Shown: positions 36,710 through 49,010 of the stretch, one piece after another | Numbering within the stretch: the stretch's first letter is position 1 | Layout of the letters: each line of letters opens with the position of its first letter | Notes under the pieces: model-generated | Database searches by the model: none | Told to the model about the DNA's origin: nothing | Seen by the model: the letters and a program-made list of their open reading frames with translations, nothing else | DNA from: Mobula hypostoma | Taxonomy: Eukaryota | Length of the DNA stretch: 64,000 nt | Assembly (NCBI RefSeq): GCF_963921235.1 | Contig: NC_086098.1 | Coordinates: 1,860,001 to 1,924,000, forward strand | Direction: 5' to 3' | Made by a program: the position numbers and the translations under genes

Positions 36710-37028
36710 ATACCAGCACGGTGAGGGTTCACAGTGCAATTACCATCACTGTCTACAGAGAGTTTGTAAATTCTCTCCATGACAAAGGTAATATAGCAGT
36801 AAGTGTGATGGCATTACGGTGTTAGTGACTTGAGATCAATTCCTGTCATTGTCTGTAAGAGTTTGTACATTCTCCCCATGACTGCATGGATATCTTTCAG
36901 GTGCTCCAATTTCCTCTCATACTCCATAGACATACATTTTAGAAGGTCAATTGGTCCGATGGATGTAACTGGCCAGTGTGGGCTCATTGGGCTAAAAGGG
37001 CCTGTTACCATGAGGTATCTGTAAATAA
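36710..37028 (+). mobile_element. V-SINE/HE1-like SINE remnants
   Basis: gagtttgtacattctccccatgactgcatgg...ggtgctccaatttcctctcatactcca and a gggcctgttacc...taaataaa end. Confidence 0.55.
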
Positions 37029-37649
37029 AGTAGTGGTGTTTGGGGGTGTGGAAGGGAGGTGTTGATCAGCCTTACTGCTGTGGGAAAGTTACTGTTTCTG
37101 ATCTGGTGCTCCTGGTGTGGATGCTACGTAGCTTCTTCCCTGATGGGAGTGGACATGAGCAGGGTGGGTGGGATCCTTCACGGTCTTACTGACACACCTT
37201 CTTGTATGTACGTCCCTGATGACAGGTAGGCTGGTACAGGCCTTTAACCTTCCAAACAGAAAGTTAAATTTCAAAATACATTGAGTTCCACAGTCAAGAA
37301 GGCGAAGTTGAGGACTGTGGTAAACTGAATTTCAGAAACGAAACGTGTTAAGGACTGGAGTTAAAGGGCACCAGATGGTGCAAGATGTATCTTTGCCATT
37401 ATGTGTCATGGAGTGACAGGAGGTGCATTGACGCCCACAGCTCACCACATGGAGAGGTGTTGTTCCCAGGTAGACGGAACGATAAAGGTGCTGAGCTGAG
37501 GTGAGGTATTTGAAACACAAGTTTCAAAAGAGATCAAGGCACGAGAGAGAGGGTTGGGAAGGGGATCAAAGCAAGTTTGATTAATCTAGATTGTAAAGGG
37601 GCTCAGTGTCATGCATAGCTAGCTCCAGTGAATGTAATCTCGAAACCTG

Positions 37650-37972
37650 GGAGATGTACGTGAGATGATAACTGACTCAAGTTGACTAGAGCGCAGAGTG
37701 TCAGAATATAAGGATGTCACTCCTCACAGAGATGAGGAGAAGTTTCTTTAGGTACAAGGTAATGAATCTGTGGAATTCATTGGCACAGATGGCGGTAAAA
37801 GCTAAGTCATTGGATATATTTAAAGTGAAGGTTGATTTGTCAGGATGTGTCAAAGGTTATGGGGAGAAGGCTGGAGAGTGGGGTTGAGAGGGGTAATAAA
37901 TTAGCCATGATAGAATGGCAAGCAGACCCAATGGTTTAAATGGCCTAATTCTGCCCCTTTAGCTTCTGGTTT
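37650..37972 (+). mobile_element. Old CR1 3' fragment
   Basis: gagatgaggagaagtttcttt...gaatctgtggaattc and a CR1-type 3' UTR. Confidence 0.65.
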
Positions 37973-38094
37973 TATAATTGGGGCAATCTATGCAGTAACC
38001 AAGGTACACAGCCAGACTAATAAATGGAAATAGCAGATTTCTCTAATATATTCTTCTTCATACTTTCATTTTTCTTCTTCTCTTGGGACATAGG

Positions 38095-39560
38095 TGAGAG
38101 CAGGTGAGCTCAATGCCTTCTATACTCACTTTGACCATCAAAGCATGGAGGAATCATAATAAACTCCCACATTCCTCGATGCCCTGTTATGTCAGTCTCT
38201 AAAGCCAGCGTGCAGACACCCTTCAGGAGGGTGAGCTCACAACAGACATCTGGCCCAAATGGAGTACTTGGCCAAATACCAAAGACCTGTGCTGATCAAT
38301 TGGCTGGAGTGTTCACTGAGATCTTACTCTCTTCGACAGGCTTTTGTTATACCAGTGCCCAAGAAGAGTGTGGTGACCTGCTTCAATGACTATTGACCAA
38401 GTGTTATGAACAGCTGTTGAAACGTATCAACTCCTGCCTGAAAACCTCCAATTTACCCACTGGATTTACAGGCCCACAGCAGACGCCATCTCAATGGCTC
38501 TTCACTCAACCCTGGAACATCTGCACAGCTACATACATCAGAATGGTCTTTATTGACTACTGCTCGGCATTCAATACCATCATTCCTCAGAACTAACCAA
38601 TAAGCTCCAAGACCCTGGCCTCCCATACCACCTTATGCAACTGGATCTTGGATTTCTTCACTTGCAGACCCCAGTCAGTTTGGATTGGCAACAACATCTC
38701 CTCCACAGTCTCAATCAGCACAGATTCACCACAAGGCTGTGTGCTTTGCCCTTGCTCTGCTCACTTTATGCTTATGACTGTGTGGCTAAACACAGCTTTA
38801 ATGCCATATTGAAGTTTGTTGATGACACTAGTGTTGTAGGCCAAATCAAAGGTGGCAATGAATCAGCAGGAAGGAGCAGGAAAATCTGGCTGAGTGGTGT
38901 GATAACAACCGTCTCTCACTCGATGTCAGGAAGACCAGGAATGGATTGTAGATGCTGGAGAGGGAAAGCAGAGCTCCATGAGCCAGTACTCATTGGTAGA
39001 CAGGGTCAGCAACTTTAAATTCTGAGGTGTTTTATTTTGGGCCCAGCATATAAATTACGAAGAACACACAGCGGTGACTCTACTTCTGTAGGAGTTTGCA
39101 GAGATTTAGTATAATATCTAAAACTTTGATAAACTACCGTAGAGATGTAGTGGAGAGTATGTTGACTCACAATCTGGTATGGAAACACCAGTGCCCTTGA
39201 ATGAAAAATCCTACAAGAAATAGTGGTTAGGGCCCAGTCCATCATAGGTAAAGGCCTTTCACCATTCAGCACATCTGCACAAAATGCTTTCGCAGGAAAG
39301 CAGCATCCAACATCAGGGGCCCCACCATCCAGGCTACGCTCCCTTCTCCCTGCTGCCCTTAGGAAGAAGGTACTAAGGTCTCAGGTCCGACACCAAGTTC
39401 AGGAACAGTTGTTATCCCTCAGCCATCAGGCTCTTGAACCAAAATGGATAACTTCACTTGCCCCATCACTGAAATGTTCCCAGCAAAGAAAATATATCTC
39501 AGGGTAGGATATGGTGATATGCATAGGAGTTACTTTGATGATAAATTTACTTTGACTTTA
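38095..39560 (+). mobile_element. Old Rex1/Babar-type LINE
   Basis: [32 protein letters not shown] and YAYDCV..KFVDDT in broken frames. Confidence 0.8.
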
Positions 39561-39917
39561 AATGGGATGAATCAAACAGGCCTGGTTCCCTTTTTTCATT
39601 TACAGACAATTCTGTTGATCAGATTATTGACTGTTTATACTCGCATGCACTATAAATCTGTAACTAGTTTCTGTGTAAAGTAATTTCACAGCCAAATACA
39701 GGTACAATCATTTATGCAGTACTTGGCAGTCTATGCATGGAGCAGCCTTGGCAGACTGACTTCTAGTGAAATTTCCTTCCAGGAGGTAAACAAACTGAAG
39801 AATTTCCAAATGAAAATAGAAAAATCAGACATAATTTTGGAACTCGGATGACAGATGTTGACAGTGGACTCTTTATAGCCTCTTTCAGTTTCCATAGAAA
39901 GTCTAACATCTCAGAAT

Positions 39918-40190
39918 GAACCATAGAACCATAGAACACTACAGCACATTCGGCCCTTCCAGTCTGTGCTGAAATTTTATTCCGCTAGTCCCATTGACCT
40001 GCACCCAGTCCATAACCCTCCAGACCTCTCCCATCCATGTATCTATCCAATTTATTCTTAAAACTTAAGAGTGAGCCCGCACTTACCACATCAGATGGCA
40101 GCTCGTTCCACACTCCCACCACTCTCCGAGTGAAGAAGTTCCCCCTAATGCTCCCACTAAACCTTTCCCCTTTCACCTTAAAGCCATGGT
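39918..40190 (-). mobile_element. CR1 3' fragment
   Basis: RGNFFTRRVVGVWNELP and a (catagaac)n tail. Confidence 0.8.
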
Positions 40191-40610
40191 CTATAATTTT
40201 ATATACAAAGTCAAATAAATTAGGCTGTGTGATAAATTTGTAAACTGAACCATTTATTTATTAGGGTAGGGTTTAAAATTGTTAGTTTTCTTGTCCTTTA
40301 ACTTTCCTTTCTTTGCTTGTATTTTTATATTATCACTTACATACATACACATAATTGTTCAGTGGTTTTTCCAGTAATTACAGTGCAGTTGCTTCTGCAC
40401 TTTTCTAGAAATGTCCTACTTTCCTGAGGCAGGTGTCGTGCTACTTGAATCTAGGTATTTTTTAGGCAAATCATTATTAGTGGAATAGTTGGTTCCCTCT
40501 ATCTGAGTATGAGAAGACTTTAACTGCTTTTATCTTTGACTTTCTGTGGTCAGTCTTTGTTCATATAACACAATAAAATAGACTGCAATAAGATTTATTC
40601 ATCATTCATC

Positions 40611-40880
40611 AGTGGGTACTGCAAGGCTCAGTGCTGGGACCCCAGTTGTTTACAATATATAATCTGTGGAATTCTCTGCCACAGGAAACAGTTGAGGCCA
40701 GTTCATTGGCTATATTTAAGAGGGAGTTAGATATGGCCCTTGTGGCTAAAGGGATCGGGGGGTATGGAGGGAAGGCTGGTGCAGGGTTCTGAGTTGGATG
40801 ATCAGCCATGATCATACTGAATGGCGATGCAGGCTCAAAGGGCCGAATGGCCTACTCCTGCACCTATTTTCTATGTTTCT
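40611..40880 (+). mobile_element. CR1 3' end fused to a 40-bp RT segment
   Basis: 40611-40660 matches 793-843; 40661 onward matches 1593 onward of the CR1 at 95-1817. Confidence 0.8.
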
Positions 40881-40961
40881 ATCATTCTTTATTTCCCAAG
40901 AATGTCTGGATCACAGAAGCATTGGGAACCAACATTCTGATTTCCTTGGTTTCATTGTTTC

Positions 40962-41317
40962 TGCATTCAATAAAACATGCCGCAATAGCCAGAGATACAT
41001 TCAGTAAACATGCAGCAATGGTCCGAGATGCATTCAGTAAAACACGCCGCAATGGTCCGAGATGCATTCAGTAAAACACGCAGCAATAGCCAGAGATACA
41101 TTCAGTAAACATGCAGCAATGGTCCGAGATGCATTCAGTAAAACATGCAGCAATGGTCCGAGATGCATTCAGTAAAACACGCAGCAATGGTCCGAGATGC
41201 ATTCAGTAAAACATGCAGCAATGGTCCGAGATGCATTCAGTAAAACACGCAGCAATAGCCAGAGATACATTCAGTAAACATGCAGCAATGGTCCGAGATG
41301 CATTCAGTAAAACATGC
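40962..41317. repeat. 33/34-bp minisatellite, about 10.5 units
   Basis: Unit A gcagcaatagccagagatacattcagtaaacat and unit B gcagcaatggtccgagatgcattcagtaaaaca(t/c), in the order ABBABBBBAB. Confidence 0.95.
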
Positions 41318-41329
41318 TATACTCTTCAG

Positions 41330-42950
41330 GGAGCATCATGTGTGGTACCTTATCAAATGCCTTCTGAAAATCCAAGTAAGTCTAAGTACATCGAAACCTC
41401 ATCCTTAATAATGGACTCCAACATTTTCACTGAGGTTAGCCTAACTGGCTTATAATTTCCTTTCTTTTGCCTTCCTCCTTTCTTAACAAGTGGAGTGACA
41501 TTTGCAATCTTGCAGTCCTGTGGAACCATGCCAGAATCAAGTGATTCTTGAAAGATCATGACCAATGCATCCATTATCTCTTCAGCAACCTCCTTCAGGA
41601 CTCTGGGATGTGGTCCATCTGGCCCGGGTGACTTATCCACCTTTGCAATTTTTGTAATTTATTTTTTATTGAAGTTCCTCATCAAACAAAACTTTCCATA
41701 AGATGTATTTCAGATACTGTACATATATGTCATATAGTCATATTTGTAACAAATCTCCACATAATATTTATCAGAGGTATACACTTATAGAAAGGAGAGG
41801 AAAGAAAGAACAATCAAAAGAAGAAAACTATGTGCAAAGTCGGGAGTGATCTTTTTTTTACAACATATTCATTGACTTGTGAGAATAAAATCAGGCCTAT
41901 GAGGTGTTACGTAGTTAAACCTTTTTTCTGTTTACATTGTTTATATTTACATTTACATTTATATCATTTATTATTATATCGTAATTTGTCCTTTACTGTG
42001 CCTATTGTATTGTTTATTAATTATTGTACCGTCTTGCACTGTTTTGTGCACTTTATGTAGTCCCGTGTAGGTCTGAAGTCCAGTGTAGTTTTGTGTTGTT
42101 TCATGTTGCACCAGGGTCTTGGAGGGACGTTGTTTCGTTTTCACTGTGTACTGTACCAGCAGTTATGGTTGAAATGACAATAAAAGCGACTTGACTTGAG
42201 TTGACTTAAGGCCTTTGAGTTTGCCTAGCACTCTTCCTCTGTAATTATTACAGAGTACATTATTATTGTGTATATTATCGTTCTGTACTTTTTATTAGTT
42301 AAGTCTGCACACTGCTAAGTGTGGTTTTAAATGTTGCTGCTGTAACAAAAGAATTTCCCACTCAGGATCAGTAAAATATTTATTATTATTATTAGAAATG
42401 GCACTCACTCCTGCTCTCTGCCACTCATGGACCACTGGCATACTGCTGGTGTCCTGCACAGTGAAGATTGATGCAAAGTACCCATTAAGTTCTACTGCCA
42501 TTTCTTTGTTTCCCAATACTATTTCACCAGCATCATTTTCCAGTGGACCAATATCAACTCTCACCTCTCTTTTACTCTTTATATATCTGAAAAAAATATT
42601 TTGGTATCCTCTTTATATTATTGGCTAGTTTGCCCTCATATTTCATCTTTTCCCTTCTTAATAGCTTTTTTTAGGTGCCTTTTGTCGGATTTTAAGAGCT
42701 TCTCAATCATCGAATATCACACTCACTTTTGCTACTTTATATGCTCTTTCTTTGGCTCTTATGCTGTCTTTAACTTCCCTTGCCAGCTAGGGTTGCCTAC
42801 CCCCGCTAATTGAGAACTTCTTTTCTGAGAGACATATCTATCCTGCACCTTGTGAACTATTCCCAGAATCTCTACGCTGTGGTCATCCCGCCAGTATCCT
42901 CTTCCAATCCACCTGGGCAAGCTCCTCACTCATTCCCTTTAATCCCCTCC
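41330..42950 (-). mobile_element. CR1 ORF2 fragment interrupted by an L1-like tail (about 41646-41920) and a Rex 3' UTR (about 41925-42206)
   Basis: DKSPGPDG...NYKPVRLTS at 41353-41640 and DIGPLENDAGEIVLGNKEMA at 42295-42564. Confidence 0.75.
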
Positions 42951-43214
42951 TTACGGGGCAATCTGTAATATCATCCTGCTCCCTCTGGGAGAGTCTCCTC
43001 TGATGTCGTTTTACTTAAGCTGCTGAAATGGACTGAAAAATAAAATGGTTTACTGATGTTTAATTACCTACATGTAGAAAGCGTCTCAGAAAATAACTTT
43101 ATAAAGATGAATTGAGCCATATAATAGTATTAATGGTGTATATTAGTCAGTTTCTAATGACTGCTTTCACTTTTGATAAAAATTAAACTTCCTCCTCCTC
43201 ATCTCTGTACGCTA

Positions 43215-43710
43215 AAGATATAAGAGCGCAAGACCATAAGGCAAAAGGCAGAATTAGGCCATTCAGCACATCAGGTCTGCACTGCCAGTGCATCATGGCT
43301 GCTTCTGGATTGCACTCAACCCCATACCCCTGCCTTCTCACTATATCCTTTGATACCCTGACAGATCAGGAAACTCTCAACATCTGCCTTAAATATACCC
43401 ACGGTCTTGGCCTCCATTGCAGTCTGTCATAGAGCATTCCACAGACTCACTACTCTCTGGCTAATAAAAAAAATCCTCCTTACCTCTGTTCTAAGGGTTG
43501 CCCCTTAATTTTGAGGCTGTGTCCTCTAGCTCTGGATACCCCCACCATAGGAAACAACCTCTTCACATCCATGCTTTCTAGTCCTTTCAACATTCGGTAG
43601 GTTTCAATGCAATCCCCACGTATTTTTCTAAATTCTAGTGACTACAGGCCAAAAGCTGCCAAATGCTCTTCATAGGTTAATTCAGTTTTTCCCAGAATCA
43701 TCCTCGTGAA
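43215..43710 (-). mobile_element. CR1 3' fragment
   Basis: Tail (cataaga)n plus the reverse complement of the CR1 ORF2 end. Confidence 0.7.
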
Positions 43711-44911
43711 TGGTATTGGTCCATGGCATAAGAAGGTTGTGAACCCCTGAAGTAACTGGTTCAATTCTGCTCAATCTGTTCCACACACTCTCCACAAGAC
43801 TCAAATTTAGTGGTCAGGCTGCAGCCTGAAGAATATTTTCTCAACATTTAGAATGGCTTTATTATTTCAACTTCTACCATAAAAAGCTAAATATTTATTC
43901 ATTTTGAGATTCAGCATGGTTCAGGCCCTTGTGGCCCAACAAGGCGCATCACCCAGCAACCCACCTATTTAACTCTAGCCTAATCAGAGGACAATTTGCA
44001 ATGACCAATTAACCTGCTAACTGGTTCATCTTTGGACTGTAGAGGTAACTCACACGTTCACAGGAAGAAACTTACAGAGGACACCAGAACTGAACTTTGA
44101 ACCATGATACCCCGAGCTGTAATAGCATCATGGAAACATTACACTACTTTCTTTAAGTTCGATATTTTCCATGTCTTTCAACAACCTTCTTTTAGGGCTC
44201 AGTACAGGCCCTTCAGCAAAAGATGTGATGGTCTTCTAATCTACTCTAAGACCACTCTTGTGCAATATTAAATTTAATATCGAAGTAGTAAGTCTTGGCC
44301 TCTAAAATGACATGAAACTACCAAATCAAATGATGTCTGGTCAGTAAGGATACATTGATCGCGGTGGCCAATAAGGAAACAGTTCTCATGTCATCATTGA
44401 GAAAATTCAGGATTACTAGGATGTACTACTAGTAGGATTAGTAGGATTAATAAAAGTTGTGAGCACCCAGAGGTAGTTCAGGTCTGAAATGAAACAAGAA
44501 AAGGAAAAGGTATATCAAAAGGCGCCACAGTCACGTAGCAGTTAGTCTGTTGCTATTAATGCTCAGGGCATCTGAGTTTACAGTTACAGTTTGGCTGTGA
44601 AAGCAGACACTTTATCTGTGGACTTGAAGACAGTTGTTATTCTCCCCTGAAGTGACAAATTGAGTTCATTGAGCAGGTTGAAGATGTCACACAGATAAGC
44701 GAGTTTTGCTATCCACTCCTCATCACTGAAGTGTGCAGCCAGAGGTGACTTTTTTCCTGAAAGAAATTTCTGCAGCTGCTCTCTTAACTCAAAAACCCTG
44801 GCCAGGGCTCTCCCCCTTGATAGCCACCTGACTTCAGTGTGTAAGAGAAGGCATTTGTGCTCTGCATCCATTTCCTCGCAAAGCTGCTCAAACAGACGTG
44901 AGTTAAGGGCT

Positions 44912-46152
44912 AACACAAGGAAATCTGCAGATGCTGGAAATTCAAGCAACACACAACAAAGTTGCTGGTGAACGCAGCAGGCCAGGCAGCATCTCTAGGA
45001 AGAGGTACAGTCAACGTTTCGAGGCGAGACCCTTCGTCAGGACTAACCGAAAGAAGAGCTGGTAAGAGATTTGAAAGTGGGAGGGGGAGGGGGAGATCCG
45101 AAATAATAGGAGAAGACAGGAGGGGGAGGGATGGAGCCAAGAGCTGGACAGGTGATTGGCAAAAGGGATACGAGAGGATCATGGGACAGGAGGCCCAGGG
45201 AGAAAGAAAAGGGGGAGGGGGGAAAAGCCCAGAGGATGGGCAAGGGTATAGTGAGAGGGACAGAGGGAGAAAAAGGAGAGAGAGAAAAAGAATGTGTGTG
45301 TATAAAGAAATAATGGATGGGGTACGAGGGGGGAGGTGGGGCATTAGCGGAAGTTTGAGAAGTCAATGTTCATGCCATCAGGTTGGAAGCTACCCAGACA
45401 GAATATAAGGTGTTGTTCCTCCAGCCTGAATGTGGCTTCATCTGTACGGTAGAGGAGACCGTGGATAGACATGTCAGAATGGGAATGGGACGTGGCATTA
45501 AAATGTGTGGCCACTGGGAGATCCTGCTTTCTCTGGCGGACAGAGCGTAGGTGTTCAGCAAAGCGGTCTCCCAGTCTGCGTCGGGTCTCACCAATATATA
45601 AAAGGCCACATTGGGAGCACCGGACGCAGTATATCACCCCAGTCGACTCACAGGTGAAGTGTCGCCTCACCTGGAAGGACTGTCTGGGGCCCTGAATGGT
45701 GGTAAGGGAGGAAGTGTAAGGGCATGTGTAGCACTTGTTCCGCTTACAAGGATAAGTGCCAGGCGGGAGACCAGTGGGGAGGGATGGGGGGACGAATGGA
45801 CAAGGGAGTTGCGTAGGGAGCGATCCCTGCGGAAAGCAGAGGGGGGGGGAGGGAAAGATGTGCTTAGTGGTGGGATCCCGTTGGAGGTGGTGGAAGTTAC
45901 GGAGAATTATATGTTGGACCCGGAGGCTGGTGGGGTGGTAGGTGAGGACCAGGGGAACCTTATTCCTAGTGGGGTGGCGGGAGGATGGAGTGAGAGCAAA
46001 TGTACGTGAAATGGGGGAGATGCGTTTGAGAGCAGAGTTGATAGTGGAGGAAGGGAAGCCCCTTTCTTTAAAAAAGGAGGGCATCTCCCTCGTCCTGGAA
46101 TGAAAAGCCTCATCCTGAGAGCAGATGCGGCGGAGACAGAGGAGCTTTTTCT
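44912..46152 (-). mobile_element. Penelope-like element (same family as 11280-13701), more 5'-truncated
   Basis: GIY-YIG region VIYCVRCSQCGLLYIGET; 13-bp TSD tgagttaagggct at 44899-44911 and 46153-46165. Confidence 0.92.
45008..45047 (-). ncRNA. Second hammerhead motif, slightly mutated
   Basis: Minus strand gttAGTC-CTGACGA-agggtctcgcctc-GAAAC-GTT-GACTg: core boxes intact, GUU triplet, weakened stem II. Confidence 0.6.
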
Positions 46153-47375
46153 TGAGTTAAGGGCTTTTGCTTTGATGTGATTGATAACTTCAACAATGTC
46201 ACTCAATACGCTGTTAAGATCAGGTGACAGTTTTCGTCTAGCCAGCTTTTCCCTGTGTATGACACAGTGTACAGACTGGCATTCAGAAGCATCCTCTTTG
46301 ACTCGGGTAGTGAAACCAGCCAGCCGTCCAGTCATAGCTGCAGCCCCGTCTGTGCATATTCCAACACAGAATGACCAGTCCAGTTTGCCTGACATAGTCA
46401 TTCAAAGACTTGAATAGTTCTGCCCCAGTTGTGTTAGTTGGCAGTGGCAGTGCACACAACATATCCTCATGCACATCGTCTTGAAATATATATCACACAT
46501 AAACCAGCACTATTGCCTTGTTGTCAACATCGGTAGACTCGTCGACCTGGATAGCATACCATGGTGACTCGTTAAGCCATTCCAGCAGCTGTGCTTCGAT
46601 GTCCTCCACTACGTCATTGATTCTCCTTGAAACTGTGGTAGCTGAAAGAGAAACCTGTGCCATCTTGTTAGCTACAGCTTCTCCCAACAGTTCATGGCAC
46701 ACGTCCTTGGCAGCAGGCAGAATCAATTCTTCACCAACAGTGAAAGGCTTCTTAGCCTTAGCAATACGGCTAGTCACTAAGTACGACGCTCTCAGAGCAG
46801 CAGCATTTGTGGAGCTGGTGACTCTCAGCACTTGCTTCTGTTCCGCTTGCTCACGTTTTTTCCACTCAAAAAACTCAACGGGTTTGTCTTTAAGTGCAGG
46901 GTGCTTGGACTCAAGGTGCCGAAACAGTTTTGAGGGCTTCATTGCCTCATTAGACAGCTTGTCTCCACATATCACACACAGGGGGCTTGGAGCGTGTGAG
47001 CCACTGGTCACAATAAAGCCATATTTTATGTACGACCGTCGTATTTTCTGTTCAAGGAAGCTGTCTTTTTTTTTGCAGTCTCAGCCTCAGCTGTCTCTGC
47101 GTTATCATCGTCGTGAGGCCTTTTATGTCCTCTTCCACCTCTTCCAAAGAAACTCTCAAGCGACGTTTGTTTTTTACTCATCGAGTAGTTGTAGGTTAAT
47201 GACCGACTGATGACCTCCTGTGGGTAATGACCTCGCGTGTGTAATGACCTCTGTACATTCAAGTTCAACAGTGAGCGTGACAGGGAATGAGGAAAGTGCA
47301 GCTGACTCATATCGTTTCATATCGCCAACCTCGCGGCCTGGTACCAGTCCGTGGCCAAGTGGTTGGGTACCCCTG

Positions 47376-47892
47376 CTGTACACTATTCACAATACACCCA
47401 ACCTTTATGTCATCAGCAAACTTACTAACCCATCCCTCTACTTCCTCATCCAGGTCATTTATAAAAATCACGAAGAGAAGGAGTCCCAGACAGATCCCTG
47501 AGGCAAACCACTGGTCACCAACCTCCATGCAGAATATGACCTGTCTACAACCACTCTTTGCCTTCTGTGTGCAAGCCAGTTCTGGATCCACAAAGCAAGG
47601 TCTCCTTGGATCCCATGCCTCCTTACTTTCTCAGTAAGCTTTGCACAGGGTACCTTAAATTCCTTGCTGCAATCCATATACACTACATCTACTGCTCTAC
47701 CTTCATCAATATGTTTAGTCACATCATCAAAAAATTTCAATCAGGCTCGTAAGGCACAACCTGGCCTTGACAAAGCCATGCTGACTATTCCTAATCATAT
47801 TATGCCTCTCCAAATGTTCATAAATCCTGCTTCTCAGCATCTTCTCCATCAACTTACCAACCACTGAGGTAAGACTCACTGGTCTGTAATTT
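47376..47892 (-). mobile_element. CR1 RT fragment
   Basis: AVDVVYMD, PQGSV and VSKFADD in broken frames. Confidence 0.8.
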
Positions 47893-49010
47893 GCTAAGGT
47901 TATTGGGGAGAGTTTAAACCCGAATTGCTGTGGAGTGGGAACTGAACTGAAGAGGCAGAGGAAGGAGCATTTGGCTCACAAATAGAGAAAGCTTGTAGGC
48001 AGTGTGAGAGGGAGGATAGGCAGGTGATAGAGAAGTGATGCGCTTAGACTGATGGTTTGAGATGTGTCTATTTTAATGCAAGAAGCATCATGAACAAAGC
48101 GGTTGAGCTTAGAGAGTTTATCAGTACTTGGAGCTATGATTTTGTGGCCATTACAGAGTTTTGGATGGCACAGAGGCAGGAATGGCTACTTCAAGTGCCA
48201 GGCTTTAGATGTTTCAGAAAGGATAGGGAGGGAGGCAAAAGAGGTGGGGGCATGGCACTGTTGATCAGAGATAGTGTCATGGCTGCAGAAAAGGAGGAAG
48301 TCATGGAGGGATTGTCTACGGAGTCTCACTGGGTGGAAGTTAGAAACAGGAAGTTGTCAATAACTCTACTGGGTGATTTTTATAGACCACCCAATAGTAA
48401 CAGGGATATTGAGGAGCAGATAGGGAAACAGATACTGAAACGGTGCAATAATAACAGGGTCATGGTGGTGGGAGATTTTAATTTCCCCAATATTGATTGG
48501 CATCTCCCTAGAGGAAGGGGTTTAGATGGGGTGGAGTTTGTTAGGTGTGTTCAGGAAGGTTTCCTGACACAATATGTAGACAAGCCTACAAGAGGAGAGG
48601 CTGTACTTGATCTGGTATTGGGAAATGAACCTAGTCAGCTGTCAGGTCTCTCAGTGGGAGAGCATTTTGGAGATAGTGATCATAATTCCATCTCCTTTAT
48701 TATAACATTGGAGAGAGATAGGAACAGACAAGTTAGGAAAGCGTTTAATTGGAGTAAGGGGAAATATGAAGCTATCAGGCAGGAGTTTGGAAGTATAAAA
48801 TGGGAACAGATGTTCTCAGGGAAATGTACGGCACAAATGTGACAAATTTTCAGAGGATATTAGCATGGTGATCTGCATAGGTATGTTTCAATGGGACAGG
48901 AGTGGACTGAAAAGCTTGAGCATACAGACATTAAGAAAGATAATGTGCTGGAGCTTATGAAAAGCATTAAGTTGGAGAAGTCATTGGGACCAGACGAGAT
49001 ATACCCCTAG
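47893..49010 (+). mobile_element. CR1 fragment with an open endonuclease frame (48057-48842)
   Basis: CVYFNARSI, YRPPNS, GDFNFP, LDLVL and SDH motifs of the APE domain. Confidence 0.85.

Larger units (their letters stand above)
44584..47375 (-). mobile_element. hAT Buster/Charlie (ZBED5/SCAND3-like) transposon, 3' end missing
   Basis: TIR caggggtacccaacc (47361-47375) next to the NNNTANNN target ctgtacac; ATG at 47181; BED finger PLCVIC..RHLESKH, QVDESTD, CTDGAAAM, HCVIH and HTEVRWLS; frameshifts and a PLE insertion. Confidence 0.9.

Noticed and set aside
40962..41317. CRISPR-like array (repeat length 33-34 bp)
   Set aside because: The units are head-to-tail with no unique spacers, there are no cas genes, and the context is eukaryotic.
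45907..46401. Apparent hAT-PLE fusion protein
   Set aside because: The read-through enters the PLE out of its coding frame, so it is an incidental result of the insertion.
44584..47181. Domesticated ZBED5/SCAND3-like host gene
   Set aside because: It is frameshifted, interrupted by a PLE, truncated and retains a TIR.
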